Below, piece by piece: positions 19,301 through 28,686 of a stretch of 64,000 nucleotides of DNA. Below the pieces are notes generated by a model. The model was not told the origin of the DNA, did no database searches, and worked only from the letters and a program-made list of their open reading frames with translations. The DNA is taken from the IMG/VR virus record IMGVR_UViG_3300045988_178965, positions 1-64,000 of that record; one strand, given 5' to 3'. Made by a program: the position numbers and the translations under genes. Origin of the DNA: a virus. Within the stretch, counting starts at the first letter, position 1, and every line of letters begins with the position of its first letter.

Positions 19301-21352
19301 ACAGATTCTCGTGAACTGAAAGATGCTCTGACAACATTAAATATGGATGCCATATATGAAGCAAAAGCTAGGGGCATGGAACTTGAGGCTGGGCATGAAT
19401 TCTCACATGTATTCGATGCAGACCAGAGAGAACGCGCCATTCAAATTGAAGATCTATTTAATAAGGACGAAACAAAACGTATCAAGGCCTTCGAAAGCGG
19501 TGGGTCTTTAAGCCATATAAAACCACAAGACGGAATCCTTAATATTAATCTTCCTGTTCCAAAAGGAATGAGCAAAGAATTCAAGGGCTATAAGTCTTTA
19601 TCTATACCAATACTAGATAGTAATATCAGCGGTTATGCAGAGCTTCCAAATGGCAAAGATGCCACAAAAGAAGCAACAAAGATAAGAAGAAATCTTCTAC
19701 TTACTTTATCCGATTATATGAACGCCAAAGGTGTTGGTGGTGTAGCAGAAGAGTTTGCCGCAACGGCTTACATGAATGCATTTAAAGAGTATAAGCAGTT
19801 TCAGAAACAAACAGGCTCCTCTCTTAAAAAAGCGGCAGCAGGTAGGAACTATAGAAATGCATCATACTCAACCGTTCAGCCTTTAAATGAAGCGCAACAA
19901 GCAGTATTTGATGCAGGAATGAATAAGGACAAAGTAAGGGTATTTATATCTGGAGAGGCTGCAGAAGAATACGGTCTTGATAAGAAGAGGTTCCAATATC
20001 AGGAAATTGGAGATAGTGGAATGTTTAGGGTTATAGACAAAGAAACGAAGCATCCTGTACAAGGTTTGTTCACTCGTGAACCTGCAACTGGCCCTAACTC
20101 TGTTCTTAGTACAGAGCTTGTCGTAGACAGAAATATGGGTAAAGGTATGGCTGTCGGGATGGATGCCAACATAATGAAGATCAACTCCGGCGACTTCGAC
20201 GATGATAAGGCCATATTGTCAGTTCTAGATACTAAGTCAAAAGACTTCTCAGAGCATAACAAAGAAATGGTCAGGATCATGAAGCGTCAGGCTGAAATGA
20301 TAAAAAGCCATAAGGCGGCAATAACAAAACTAACACCAAAATTAAATGAGGGTAGTAAAAAGTTTACCAACATTTCAGGTGTTAATGATGTTACACAAAA
20401 ACTTATCGAAAACATTATGTCTGGTAAAGAACGTGATATTGAGGCGCCAAGGGTAACCGCATACCATCAATTGGTAGAAGGCTCTCTAAAACGTGCCAAA
20501 GATGAAGAGATGAATCTGTTATCAAGATTAGAAATGGATGAAGCCGCAAGGAAAGCTGCTGTCGAGGAGATTAGGGCTAGATACTACATCGCCGATCAGG
20601 CTGCATACTTAATGCAAGAAAATACACTTAAATCTGTTCGTCTTGCAAATAAGGATGGAATATCGGCAAGCCTTATGGAGCAGATTGACGAGTTTATGTT
20701 AGAAAACCGTGGTAAACACGCAAACTACAATAAGCTCGGAGACATTATTGGCGACTTTATGGGTTCTTTATATCAGCATAGCAATGATGATATAGGGAAG
20801 TCTATCCAGGACGCAATCAATACTGTTAGGAAGTCTGTAGGTAAATATGGTGGAGAGGTGATAAGTGATGCCGCGGGTATGGTTGGTGGCAAAGGATTTG
20901 GCGCTAACCCAACTTCAGCGGCAGTAGCAGCAGCCGCCAGAAATAGTAAAGTAGGCCCTGAAGTATTGCCTTTTGAGCCGAATTCTAGTACCATTAATAA
21001 AATAGAAGACGGAGCTTATAGCGTCTTAGATACATTGAAACACAATAAGAACAAGCTTATTCTTGGGGCTGCAGGTTTGGCCGGACTGGCAATGATTAGC
21101 AGGTCGGAAACTCCAAATACAAGCTCACCAATGTATAACTCTCCAGTAGCAAGAACAAGTCCCGTACTCGAAGGCAGGACATCAGAAACCAGCTATATAA
21201 AAGACTGGGGCAATGATCCCAATTCAGTTACTATTAATGGACAAGTAATTAGTGGTATTTCTGACGCCAGAATTAAGCAAAACTTAAGGGGCTTAATACA
21301 GGGCGACACAAATCAAAGATCAACAGTAACATTTAACAATAGAAATTACTAA
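16352..21352 (+). CDS. giant tail-module protein with a two-barrel RNA polymerase-like signature (candidate virion RNAP)
   Basis: 1666-aa ORF. aa 1234-1294 read HPVQGLFTREPATGPNSVLSTELVVDRNMGKGMAVGMDANIMKINSGDFDDDKAILSVLDT, with DFDDD at nt 20192-20206. This parallels the beta-prime catalytic barrel NRAPTLH...[13 protein letters not shown]. aa 962-974 (LTGESSRGQKMSW) resemble the beta-barrel GRHGNKG/SRHGQKG motif. Hydrophobic Gly/Ala segments at both termini. The coding call is confident; the function call is motif-level only. Confidence 0.5.
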   Translation: MAMNNLVLGGATVGFMAGDPIDSPISSIAGIGLGALIGSSIEVVKSNRRERLPRGASDIRVDPTKLNSRANRALTEDGYAEEMQRQAKRHNAMTRYSGRRSIREVTAEAQKNSGIVTESMRTAAVERANSSVSKWESAVLHNFNSLSNMDLSETLGQSGAMKFIRGEYAADELSNLVASGKLTDEHFKMLRRASSNEMISSEVKAGEINYSSKLRTVDMSWVQNKEVQNIGSLSIDRTASKEEKINALKGYLSQTLGHDDAFANRFAHNISNFYPGAAIDISNSDISIRMPNGEVIKDLIPVRRDGVLQYAKNGNIYEGKLYQPFIDSIGASLGGIELASLSSDGKSIVINSAITNNAIIDGFTNLEVAGFMNHVEGTPYGKALEKVNSLGAYVGPDDGSNPVRDPSLDTRLQFSQSEDGKIVRIKDAGSLEDQRRIANIFERELINQTGLSIAPSNIRSRTFNVPSVDQAKRPVGGITPHPERQTGVIQRNTVIDLANTTHEETRRIAGASKLLVEQGLGHNFSGAILASIAGHDSNFNRTIGSAIMGMVLEDGKTEQMLKGIHLNAPGTVRLGQGAFTGTEEQIAKMGQIQNGNSISYKGGESIGFFGGKEYAIPKTVDSFTVSRIENTRDGYKFIGTNNVITDTDSNSGIKIFNDVKSTSTYRTERDFALKEIIDRFEREGSISMENGSVVVSSKNTGNLERHSQLQKVLPEGRSRFSPKEFRGAVEKFVEQNGAELDVALSKVRNTYRDINVRSEDFKTGYTLQGLEVSNFRDKGQINRAKNIIGEVITNSGLDVSGELPKDAPQALKDLQHSFSKLSEAGLDSNEAGNEAKRARASLFAAKSIEDAKFSNIALGTMLGNLSQAHDKALNRGKTLTLDFALGDGSTVPIQIGKDKDISSAMAEFIKASSKRQNLYSSGKIGYDQMYGAIKHDYGKLESLGANMSLFNLAGLRPGTAALTGESSRGQKMSWMAMSKFDNLTDSRELKDALTTLNMDAIYEAKARGMELEAGHEFSHVFDADQRERAIQIEDLFNKDETKRIKAFESGGSLSHIKPQDGILNINLPVPKGMSKEFKGYKSLSIPILDSNISGYAELPNGKDATKEATKIRRNLLLTLSDYMNAKGVGGVAEEFAATAYMNAFKEYKQFQKQTGSSLKKAAAGRNYRNASYSTVQPLNEAQQAVFDAGMNKDKVRVFISGEAAEEYGLDKKRFQYQEIGDSGMFRVIDKETKHPVQGLFTREPATGPNSVLSTELVVDRNMGKGMAVGMDANIMKINSGDFDDDKAILSVLDTKSKDFSEHNKEMVRIMKRQAEMIKSHKAAITKLTPKLNEGSKKFTNISGVNDVTQKLIENIMSGKERDIEAPRVTAYHQLVEGSLKRAKDEEMNLLSRLEMDEAARKAAVEEIRARYYIADQAAYLMQENTLKSVRLANKDGISASLMEQIDEFMLENRGKHANYNKLGDIIGDFMGSLYQHSNDDIGKSIQDAINTVRKSVGKYGGEVISDAAGMVGGKGFGANPTSAAVAAAARNSKVGPEVLPFEPNSSTINKIEDGAYSVLDTLKHNKNKLILGAAGLAGLAMISRSETPNTSSPMYNSPVARTSPVLEGRTSETSYIKDWGNDPNSVTINGQVISGISDARIKQNLRGLIQGDTNQRSTVTFNNRNY

Positions 21353-21361
21353 GAGAAGAAT

Positions 21362-24300
21362 ATGGCAAGATTTACTTTTTCTATCAACGGAATGCTAGAT
21401 TTAGAACCGATCTCATTCGATAAGGTTGATAAATTTTATACAACCCAACACGAATTCCTAAGAGATACCTCGGTTCTATCTTCTAAATCCAGATATAGCG
21501 AGATGCTTCATCTTGCCACATTCGCATTTGATGTTTCAGATGCAAAAGAGGTAGAGAAGCTTAAAACCCTGATAGCTATCTGTAATTCATTTCCATACGT
21601 ATTTATCAGATCAGATGCAATTATTGAAAACCATCTGATGCCTTTAAATCTAGCCATAGGTTCTGGGTACTATATGTATGCACTGCATGAATTCCAGGCA
21701 GAAATGTCATCGACAGATGCAGACCAGGGCGTAGTTACCGTATCCTTAAGATTGCAGATGGTTAACTGGAAGCCGCTGGCTAAAAGTATCAAATTTATCT
21801 CTATTGAAGAGGGCGCAGAGGTTAAAACTAAATCAGGAAAAGTTAGGAATATCTCTGAATATAATGGAGAAGAGGGTGACAGCGTAGTATCTACCGGAAG
21901 CTATGTTAAGTATGTTGACAATCCAGAAGAGTCAAACATTCTTAACTTTATGGTTGAAAAGAACCTTAGCGATGACATTGAAGCTATCCTTAATTCTGGA
22001 CTAAGCCGCTCATTTGAGTTTAATCTTGGATGGCCTCTAGTTATGACAGACTTACAGTTTGATGGAAGATCAAAATCAGATTTCTGCTGGAATCTTGTTA
22101 GACAATTTAGGGTATTAAAAACTGTAGACCTAGACGGATCATTGCAGACAAAAGACGGCAAGAAAACATCACAATCAAACATCTCCGAAGTAACAGAGGA
22201 AAATGTAGAGCGTTATGATGAAACCGGAAGAATTTGGGTTGGCTACGTCAGAGAAAGACTGGCTGGAACAAATGTCAAAGATGGAGACGTAGCGTTGCAG
22301 TCTATAACTGTAAGACGCAGAAATAGATTTGCAAATCAAACGGTTCAAGGGTTTGTATATCCATATGCACAATATTTAGGCCGCTCACCATCAGAAGTTT
22401 TAATTACAACAGCAGTTAATCATACAAAAGGTATGGCATCAACAACGGCTATGCAAGCAGTAAAAAAAGCCGATGAGATGACCAACTATGTCAGAGTCTC
22501 AACACCTGCATTGAAAGGACTTGATGTTCTAGCCATAGAGAATCCATTAGTAAATGGTCTCGGTATTAAATATGCAGTTCTAGACTCATCTCATGCAACC
22601 ACTTCTGGTTCACTAAATAATCTTTTAATAAACAACTTTACATTTATAGAGTCTGACTCTTATGGTGCAATAGAATCCAGCAGGTATGCTCTGGCATCAT
22701 CCGTTAATGGATGGAATGATTCAGCAAATAAAGCACAACGTCTTATTGAAGTTATAGGACAATACAAGGCTCTTAAAAAAGACGGCTCTAGCACATCAGA
22801 ATACGACACTATTATCTCTGTTATCAATAACCGCTTAATTGATGCGTTAAATAGGACAGCTAAGTCTGAATTTCCAGAAGCCAAATCTTTGCAAGAATCC
22901 GATGTTTTCAAAAAGGCAGATGCAACACAAAAATCTGTATATATAATTCAACTATATATGCAGCTAATCTCAGCAAATACCGCATCAGGCTCTGAAGAAA
23001 GAATAACGTTAGAGCGTGTAAGACTACTGGACTCAGAAATAGAATCGCTGTATTTTGAGACCATTACAAACCTTAATCCAATAACAATCAAGGCGCTAAA
23101 AGAAGACCTTCAAAAAGAGAAGAATTGGATTGAAAAGATGGAGGGAAACTATACATCGTTTAACGGTGAAGGTATTCCTGACCTAAAAATAAAAGAAATA
23201 TTTGGAGGTTTAACTCCTACAAAAGAGTATAAAAGCTGGAGAGATTTATCGTCATTCCCATTTATATATGACCAAGGAATTCTTTCTCCAGATAAAGTAG
23301 TAGCGTTTTGGGATGAAAAACTTCCCGAGATTAATAGTCTGCTCGAGGCCACTGGCGCGTTGATAAAAACTGACCTTAATATTTATACTACTGCTCCGGC
23401 CATGAATGACGCTGGTGGTAACTCAACCACTGGTGCATCTGTTATGGTTCAAGATCCTTCTGGCGGAACATCGCCAAAAGGAAAAGCCGATGTGAAATTA
23501 GTCTATACCCGAGAACAATATGAGCGCGATTATAAAGTGAGCACCGGGTCTAATAAAAGACTCTTGCCACTTGAAAACATAGTTGCCTATACAAGACTAG
23601 GTAGAGACTTGCAAAACTTCGGTGGAAGGCATATGGGTTTAGATATGCCAGTACCGGTAGGAACTCCTGTACGTGTTGCCGACGATGGTGTTGTATCAGT
23701 AGCCAAATTTCAGATGAATAAAAATGGTAAGCGCGGATACGGTAACGTAATATACGTTAAGCATGCAAATGGTATTGAAACCAGATATGCCCACTTAAGC
23801 AGAATTCTTGTAAGAGAGGGTTCTCGTGTCGGAAGAGGTCAGGTTATTGGTCTATCAGGTAATACTGGTGGGTCTACAGGTCCGCACTTACATTACGAAA
23901 TAAGAATAAATGGCAAGGTAATTAGCCCTAAAGCATACTATGGTAAAACCACGAATGGTCCAACATCAATAGCAACATCTAGCAAGACGAATTCCTCTTA
24001 TTCTGCTGCAGCATATGCAAGAGGCGGCTCAAAGGCACGCTCAGGCATTATGACCTTAAAAGAGTTTATTGCAGCAGGAGAGAGCGGCGGAAGTTATGAT
24101 ATTGCCAACTGGTATACCGGTAGGAAATTAAATTCTGGCAATAAGGGGTTATCAAACAAGACGATTGCCCAAGTTATGGCTATGCAAAATGCAGGTCAGC
24201 TTCATGCTGTAGGTAAATACCAAACGATACCTGTAACATTAAGGGCTGCTGTACAAGGACTTCGCCTAAATGGTAATACTCCGTTCTCTCCATCAGTGCA

Positions 24301-27256
24301 GGAAAAAATCGGCACATGGCTAATTTTCAATAAACGCCCAGCGCTTGGTGCATACATTAGAGGTGAAAGCAACGATTTAGACAAGGCTCACAAAGAGTTT
24401 GCATTGGAATGGAGATCAATTCCTATGCCTGATGGACGTTCTGCAAGTTCAAGCGGCGATAAAGTTCATTCCGGATATACTCCAGAAAGAGTTAGACAAG
24501 CCTTACTCGCAGCAAGAGCTTCATACGTTAAATCATTGTCTAGTGGCAAATCCAAAGAGCAGGCACAAGAAGAGGCTGTTGCGTCAACAGCTTTAGCAAG
24601 AGTTGCTTCCGGTGAGAATGTATCAGATGTTGCAAATAGCTATATCAACGAGCTATACGCAGGAAGAGAAAAAGATCCTATTGAGGCAGTTGTAGACCCA
24701 GTACCATGGACAGAAGAAATCCAGGCTAAATCTAGACTAGAGAATTTCGTCAAGGATCTTAATAGGGGTATTCAAAAATTAATACCGACATATAAGGTTT
24801 ACATGGTTCACGGTAATGACGAAAATAGTTTAATTAATTTAATCAATTATCGTCAACATGCATCATACTATGAAGTTCCTGCAGTTAGAAATATTAGAGT
24901 TGAAATGGCAAATCAGGATAACCCAGTTGCCGTTGCAACATTCGAAGTATTAAACGCTCTGAATACAGCATCTGACCCTAAAGAAATCAGAACATTAAAG
25001 TCTGAGAATATAGATATACGCTCTCTAAATTCTGACGCTGCTAGAATAGTTGCGATGGACCAAATTAGACTTAAAGCTGGTAACAAGATTCAGATTAGAA
25101 TGGGTTATGGAAACGACCCAAATAAACTATCCGTTGTATTCAACGGCATAGTAACAGAGTCTGACGGCGGCGAAGTTCTAACAATCGTTGCAGAGGGTTA
25201 TGGTAGAGAATTACAAAACGAGCAACTCTTCATTGGAGACGTAGTTCCAACATTCTCATTCCTATCAGATATCGATAACCTATATATATCCGCAGCCGTT
25301 GCCAAAGTTCTTAAATCTGCTAATCTAGATAGTTTCGGCAGAAACCCTAGATGGTTTGCAGACAATAATGACTTTAGAGACGTAAGAGGTATGAGCAATG
25401 AAACAGCGGCATCAACTCTTGTCGGTGATAGTGGCATAGGATTTAGTAATTCTCTTTGGAACTCCCAACTAGACGAATACTTCTTCTACTCTGCTAAAGG
25501 TGCAACAGAAAGTCTGGAAAACTTCTGGTTAATGAACGTAGATATGGCAGACAGGTTCTTCGTGACAAGTCTAAAAGATCTATTCCCATTTTCGTTGAAT
25601 GACTTCTTCTCAAACTTTAATGTCGTCAATAAGACTGTTTGGGACGTTCTAACAACAGGAAGAAGAATGTTTCCTTCATCTATTCTTCTTGTTAAGAATA
25701 TAGAGGGACGTTCAACAACCTTCTCTGGCATTAAAGAGCAAATGATGATAGGCAAAGAAAAGCCAACATCATTAGCCGCAGAGTTTTTATCAAAAATACA
25801 GAAGAAAGCTGATTTCAAGAAAGAAGCAAACGAGGCACTTGCAGGAGACACAACTGGCATTGGTAATTCATATGTAGAAAATAATATGAAAGACAAAATC
25901 AATGTCATAGGCGAGCAGACATTAAAATCTAATGGCTCAGATGTAATAGACCTATTGGATGCCGCAAATGCGGATAAATACGTGGATGTTTCATCATATG
26001 TTCCGGCAACCAATTTCCATATGTTTAACAGTTCTTATAATCTGATTTCTAATCAATTGAAATTAGATCAAAACTGCATAACAGGTGCTAAAGTTGAATA
26101 TAACGGCGATCCAGAGGATTTTGGATACGGAGAAAATATATTCGATATGAAGGCAAATGGTGGGCTAAAGGGTTCACTCGCTAAATTTGGATATATCAAT
26201 GACAACTCTATTAGCTCTGTAGGAATGGCAATTAAAACTGCTCAAGGTTATCTATTAGAAGAATTAGAGAAAATGTATAACGGTGCAGTTATTGTCACTG
26301 GAAATCCAGATATACAACCTGGTGATTATGCATTTATCCAAGATGATCTTAGAAATATGTCTGGCGTAATTAAATGTCGTGAAGTTCAACATGTATTTAC
26401 AGAGTATGATGGCTATGTGACAATTATTACACCAGGTATGTTTGTAGAACCATCAACACATATGTATTCAAATCTATACATGAAACTTGGCATATTCATG
26501 AATTTTGTGTCTACAGCAGCATCAGAGTATGCTCAGGTATCCAGTGCAGAAACAATTCCTGGACTTATCTATGAACAAACCGCATTCCAGCCTACTGATC
26601 TTGGTGCATCTGTGTATCTGCTTGGAGTTGGTAACGTTGCCGTTGGTGGACTGACAGGCGCATTCGTATATAGCTCTGCTAGTCGTATAGCTGGTGGTTC
26701 TTTAATAAGTAGAGCATCAAGTGGTTTAAGTCTTGCTGCTAGGGCCGGAAAAGCTGTCGCTGGTGCTGGTTGGGTTCGCTCTTTGGCACACACAGCAATG
26801 GCATTCGGTTCTTCGGTTGGGTCTAAAACACTACAGGCGCTACCAAGAGTTGCAAGAGTAATCTCAGCAGTACGTGGAGTTGTAGCCGGTGGTAGGGCAG
26901 TAGCAACAGCCGCTATGGGATTTGCAGCTGGTGGGTTTATTGCAACAGCAGCGGTCTCAGCACTTTTGGTAGTTTTAGTTTATGGTGCATTGGCAATGGT
27001 TCAGAATTTAATTGAATCATATGCACTCAAACTTGAAATGAGACACAGGGCACTTATGAAGTTTCCAGTAAAAGTATATGGACAAGAATATACGGCTGGT
27101 CTCATAGGATGGAATGATACAGAGACACCATTAGGATTGCAGATAGAGACAGTAAAAGAAACTATTAGGGCTTTAGGCGACATCAACGAGGCTACAACTA
27201 GGGCCGGATATGATGGTTCCCCATATGCCTTATACTTTAAATTAGCTACGGATTAA
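21362..27256 (+). CDS. multidomain tail hub/lysin protein (1964 aa): M23 peptidase, lysozyme/transglycosylase-like domain, hub-like region and hydrophobic C-terminus
   Basis: M23 motifs: GGRHMGLD (H757) ... YGNVIYVKHANGIETRYAHL ... GPHLHYEI (H842/H844), nt ~23564-23941. Next, AAGESGGSYD...AVGKYQTIP (nt ~24044-24490), resembling E-S...G-x-Y-Q peptidoglycan glycosidase domains of tail proteins. Later, IRLKAGNKIQIRMGYGN...FNGIVTE and VTGNPDIQPGDYAFIQD resemble gpD/gp27-type hub proteins. Gly/Ala-rich transmembrane-like segments lie near the C-terminus. Confidence 0.7.
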   Translation: MARFTFSINGMLDLEPISFDKVDKFYTTQHEFLRDTSVLSSKSRYSEMLHLATFAFDVSDAKEVEKLKTLIAICNSFPYVFIRSDAIIENHLMPLNLAIGSGYYMYALHEFQAEMSSTDADQGVVTVSLRLQMVNWKPLAKSIKFISIEEGAEVKTKSGKVRNISEYNGEEGDSVVSTGSYVKYVDNPEESNILNFMVEKNLSDDIEAILNSGLSRSFEFNLGWPLVMTDLQFDGRSKSDFCWNLVRQFRVLKTVDLDGSLQTKDGKKTSQSNISEVTEENVERYDETGRIWVGYVRERLAGTNVKDGDVALQSITVRRRNRFANQTVQGFVYPYAQYLGRSPSEVLITTAVNHTKGMASTTAMQAVKKADEMTNYVRVSTPALKGLDVLAIENPLVNGLGIKYAVLDSSHATTSGSLNNLLINNFTFIESDSYGAIESSRYALASSVNGWNDSANKAQRLIEVIGQYKALKKDGSSTSEYDTIISVINNRLIDALNRTAKSEFPEAKSLQESDVFKKADATQKSVYIIQLYMQLISANTASGSEERITLERVRLLDSEIESLYFETITNLNPITIKALKEDLQKEKNWIEKMEGNYTSFNGEGIPDLKIKEIFGGLTPTKEYKSWRDLSSFPFIYDQGILSPDKVVAFWDEKLPEINSLLEATGALIKTDLNIYTTAPAMNDAGGNSTTGASVMVQDPSGGTSPKGKADVKLVYTREQYERDYKVSTGSNKRLLPLENIVAYTRLGRDLQNFGGRHMGLDMPVPVGTPVRVADDGVVSVAKFQMNKNGKRGYGNVIYVKHANGIETRYAHLSRILVREGSRVGRGQVIGLSGNTGGSTGPHLHYEIRINGKVISPKAYYGKTTNGPTSIATSSKTNSSYSAAAYARGGSKARSGIMTLKEFIAAGESGGSYDIANWYTGRKLNSGNKGLSNKTIAQVMAMQNAGQLHAVGKYQTIPVTLRAAVQGLRLNGNTPFSPSVQEKIGTWLIFNKRPALGAYIRGESNDLDKAHKEFALEWRSIPMPDGRSASSSGDKVHSGYTPERVRQALLAARASYVKSLSSGKSKEQAQEEAVASTALARVASGENVSDVANSYINELYAGREKDPIEAVVDPVPWTEEIQAKSRLENFVKDLNRGIQKLIPTYKVYMVHGNDENSLINLINYRQHASYYEVPAVRNIRVEMANQDNPVAVATFEVLNALNTASDPKEIRTLKSENIDIRSLNSDAARIVAMDQIRLKAGNKIQIRMGYGNDPNKLSVVFNGIVTESDGGEVLTIVAEGYGRELQNEQLFIGDVVPTFSFLSDIDNLYISAAVAKVLKSANLDSFGRNPRWFADNNDFRDVRGMSNETAASTLVGDSGIGFSNSLWNSQLDEYFFYSAKGATESLENFWLMNVDMADRFFVTSLKDLFPFSLNDFFSNFNVVNKTVWDVLTTGRRMFPSSILLVKNIEGRSTTFSGIKEQMMIGKEKPTSLAAEFLSKIQKKADFKKEANEALAGDTTGIGNSYVENNMKDKINVIGEQTLKSNGSDVIDLLDAANADKYVDVSSYVPATNFHMFNSSYNLISNQLKLDQNCITGAKVEYNGDPEDFGYGENIFDMKANGGLKGSLAKFGYINDNSISSVGMAIKTAQGYLLEELEKMYNGAVIVTGNPDIQPGDYAFIQDDLRNMSGVIKCREVQHVFTEYDGYVTIITPGMFVEPSTHMYSNLYMKLGIFMNFVSTAASEYAQVSSAETIPGLIYEQTAFQPTDLGASVYLLGVGNVAVGGLTGAFVYSSASRIAGGSLISRASSGLSLAARAGKAVAGAGWVRSLAHTAMAFGSSVGSKTLQALPRVARVISAVRGVVAGGRAVATAAMGFAAGGFIATAAVSALLVVLVYGALAMVQNLIESYALKLEMRHRALMKFPVKVYGQEYTAGLIGWNDTETPLGLQIETVKETIRALGDINEATTRAGYDGSPYALYFKLATD

Positions 27257-27257
27257 T

Positions 27258-27941
27258 ATGTCAACAGCCCTAGTAAATAAATCTGGGGCTGACTTCACAA
27301 GAGTCGGCTCCATACAATCTATTTCAATTCAAGGAACTCAACTGTTTGCTGTTATAAGACTTGAAGGTGAACCCATGCTAGATATGATGGGGAATACAGT
27401 TAATTGTGGGCGACATCTGGTAGGATTACCTAGATACGCGCCAGAAAGCACTGCAACAATGGCGGAACTGTTAATACCAATTAATATTAATAGTTCTGTA
27501 CAAGCAGTTGACCCTAAAACACTTATTGACTGCAGAGTGATGGTATTTTTCACATCAACAGGGTTCCCTGAAGGCGCAACAATTATAAACAATTCTGACT
27601 CACGCATTATGACTAGACGAGAGTTGTTTGATTTGCGGTCCAGGAATAAGGATGGTATAATAGACCAATTGACGAAGAAGGAAATTAAGACAATGAGCAA
27701 TGAAGCTTCTAAGAATTTAGAAGTTATTCAGAGCGAGGTTTATGACCCAAGATTCCATAAGGGCGCCGTTGGTGTGTATGGCTCAGAGCAAAGTATGTTT
27801 GTAGCAGCACCGCAACATCAATCTCAATATGTTGATTTCTCATCCCGTATTGATAAGAAGTATACAATATTGGATGTACAGAAAGAGACAAGACAAAAGG
27901 ATTGCTATATGCCCGCAACAGTTTTTACAGGACGTAGTTAA
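27258..27941 (+). CDS. hypothetical baseplate-region protein (possible spike or hub component by position)
   Basis: 227-aa ORF between the hub/lysin gene and the gp25-like gene. No motif recognised. Confidence 0.45.
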   Translation: MSTALVNKSGADFTRVGSIQSISIQGTQLFAVIRLEGEPMLDMMGNTVNCGRHLVGLPRYAPESTATMAELLIPININSSVQAVDPKTLIDCRVMVFFTSTGFPEGATIINNSDSRIMTRRELFDLRSRNKDGIIDQLTKKEIKTMSNEASKNLEVIQSEVYDPRFHKGAVGVYGSEQSMFVAAPQHQSQYVDFSSRIDKKYTILDVQKETRQKDCYMPATVFTGRS

Positions 27942-28267
27942 TGTCTCTTTTACTAAGACCATCACCAACAAGTTCAACAGTCGTAGATTTAAGAGAGGAT
28001 GTGACTGCAGTATCATCAGGCTCGATGTCTGTTTCAGTTCACAAAGATTACGGGACGTTTGTTAACGGCCCGTTTTCTGTATCTGCATCTCCAACATCAA
28101 TGACATTTGGTGGATTCTATAAATTCAATCCGGTTGCCTTATCTGGCATGCCGTCAACTATAATTACCCCAGTTCCAACGTTCGAAGTTACAGTTCCAAC
28201 TAAAAATATTGGAACACAAGAGGTATTAAATTCCATAGTTGTAAGCACTATTACAGGAATATTTTAA
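27941..28267 (+). CDS. hypothetical small baseplate-region protein
   Basis: 108-aa ORF with TAATG overlaps at both ends. Confidence 0.45.
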   Translation: MSLLLRPSPTSSTVVDLREDVTAVSSGSMSVSVHKDYGTFVNGPFSVSASPTSMTFGGFYKFNPVALSGMPSTIITPVPTFEVTVPTKNIGTQEVLNSIVVSTITGIF

Positions 28268-28686
28268 TGTACTCTAAAAACATACAAAGAGATCTTCGTA
28301 TGGATAAATACGGGGATATATCATTTAGCGGATATGACATTAAGTCAACAAGAAATGAAAATGATATTGTTGTACAAAATTCTGCACATAGAATTATGAC
28401 TAGTCATAGGGATTTATTTTTGCACAAATTATATGGTGCAAATTTACAGTCATTTATAGGCAGAAAAATTAATCAAAATCTTGCAATTGAGATACAACGA
28501 TCAATTGTAGACTCTTTAACATCAGATAATTTTTTAAATGCATCTCAACTCTCAGTAATTCCAATTCTTGATAGAGATAAAATCTTTTTTAAAATCTCAG
28601 TTGGAACGACTGGTGATTTTTTAACCAATAGAGAGAATGAGTTGAATATAGTATTTAGTCCTTCTGGAGGAATTAGATATGTTTAG
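28267..28686 (+). CDS. baseplate wedge protein, gp25/W-like
   Basis: 139 aa. The pattern HRIMTSHRDLFLHKLYGANLQSFIGRKIN..LAIEIQRSIVDSLTSD matches the conserved core of GPW/gp25-family proteins (..t..ge....p.yG..l...). It sits directly upstream of a J-like gene, as in the P2 V-W-J-I order. Confidence 0.55.
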   Translation: MYSKNIQRDLRMDKYGDISFSGYDIKSTRNENDIVVQNSAHRIMTSHRDLFLHKLYGANLQSFIGRKINQNLAIEIQRSIVDSLTSDNFLNASQLSVIPILDRDKIFFKISVGTTGDFLTNRENELNIVFSPSGGIRYV

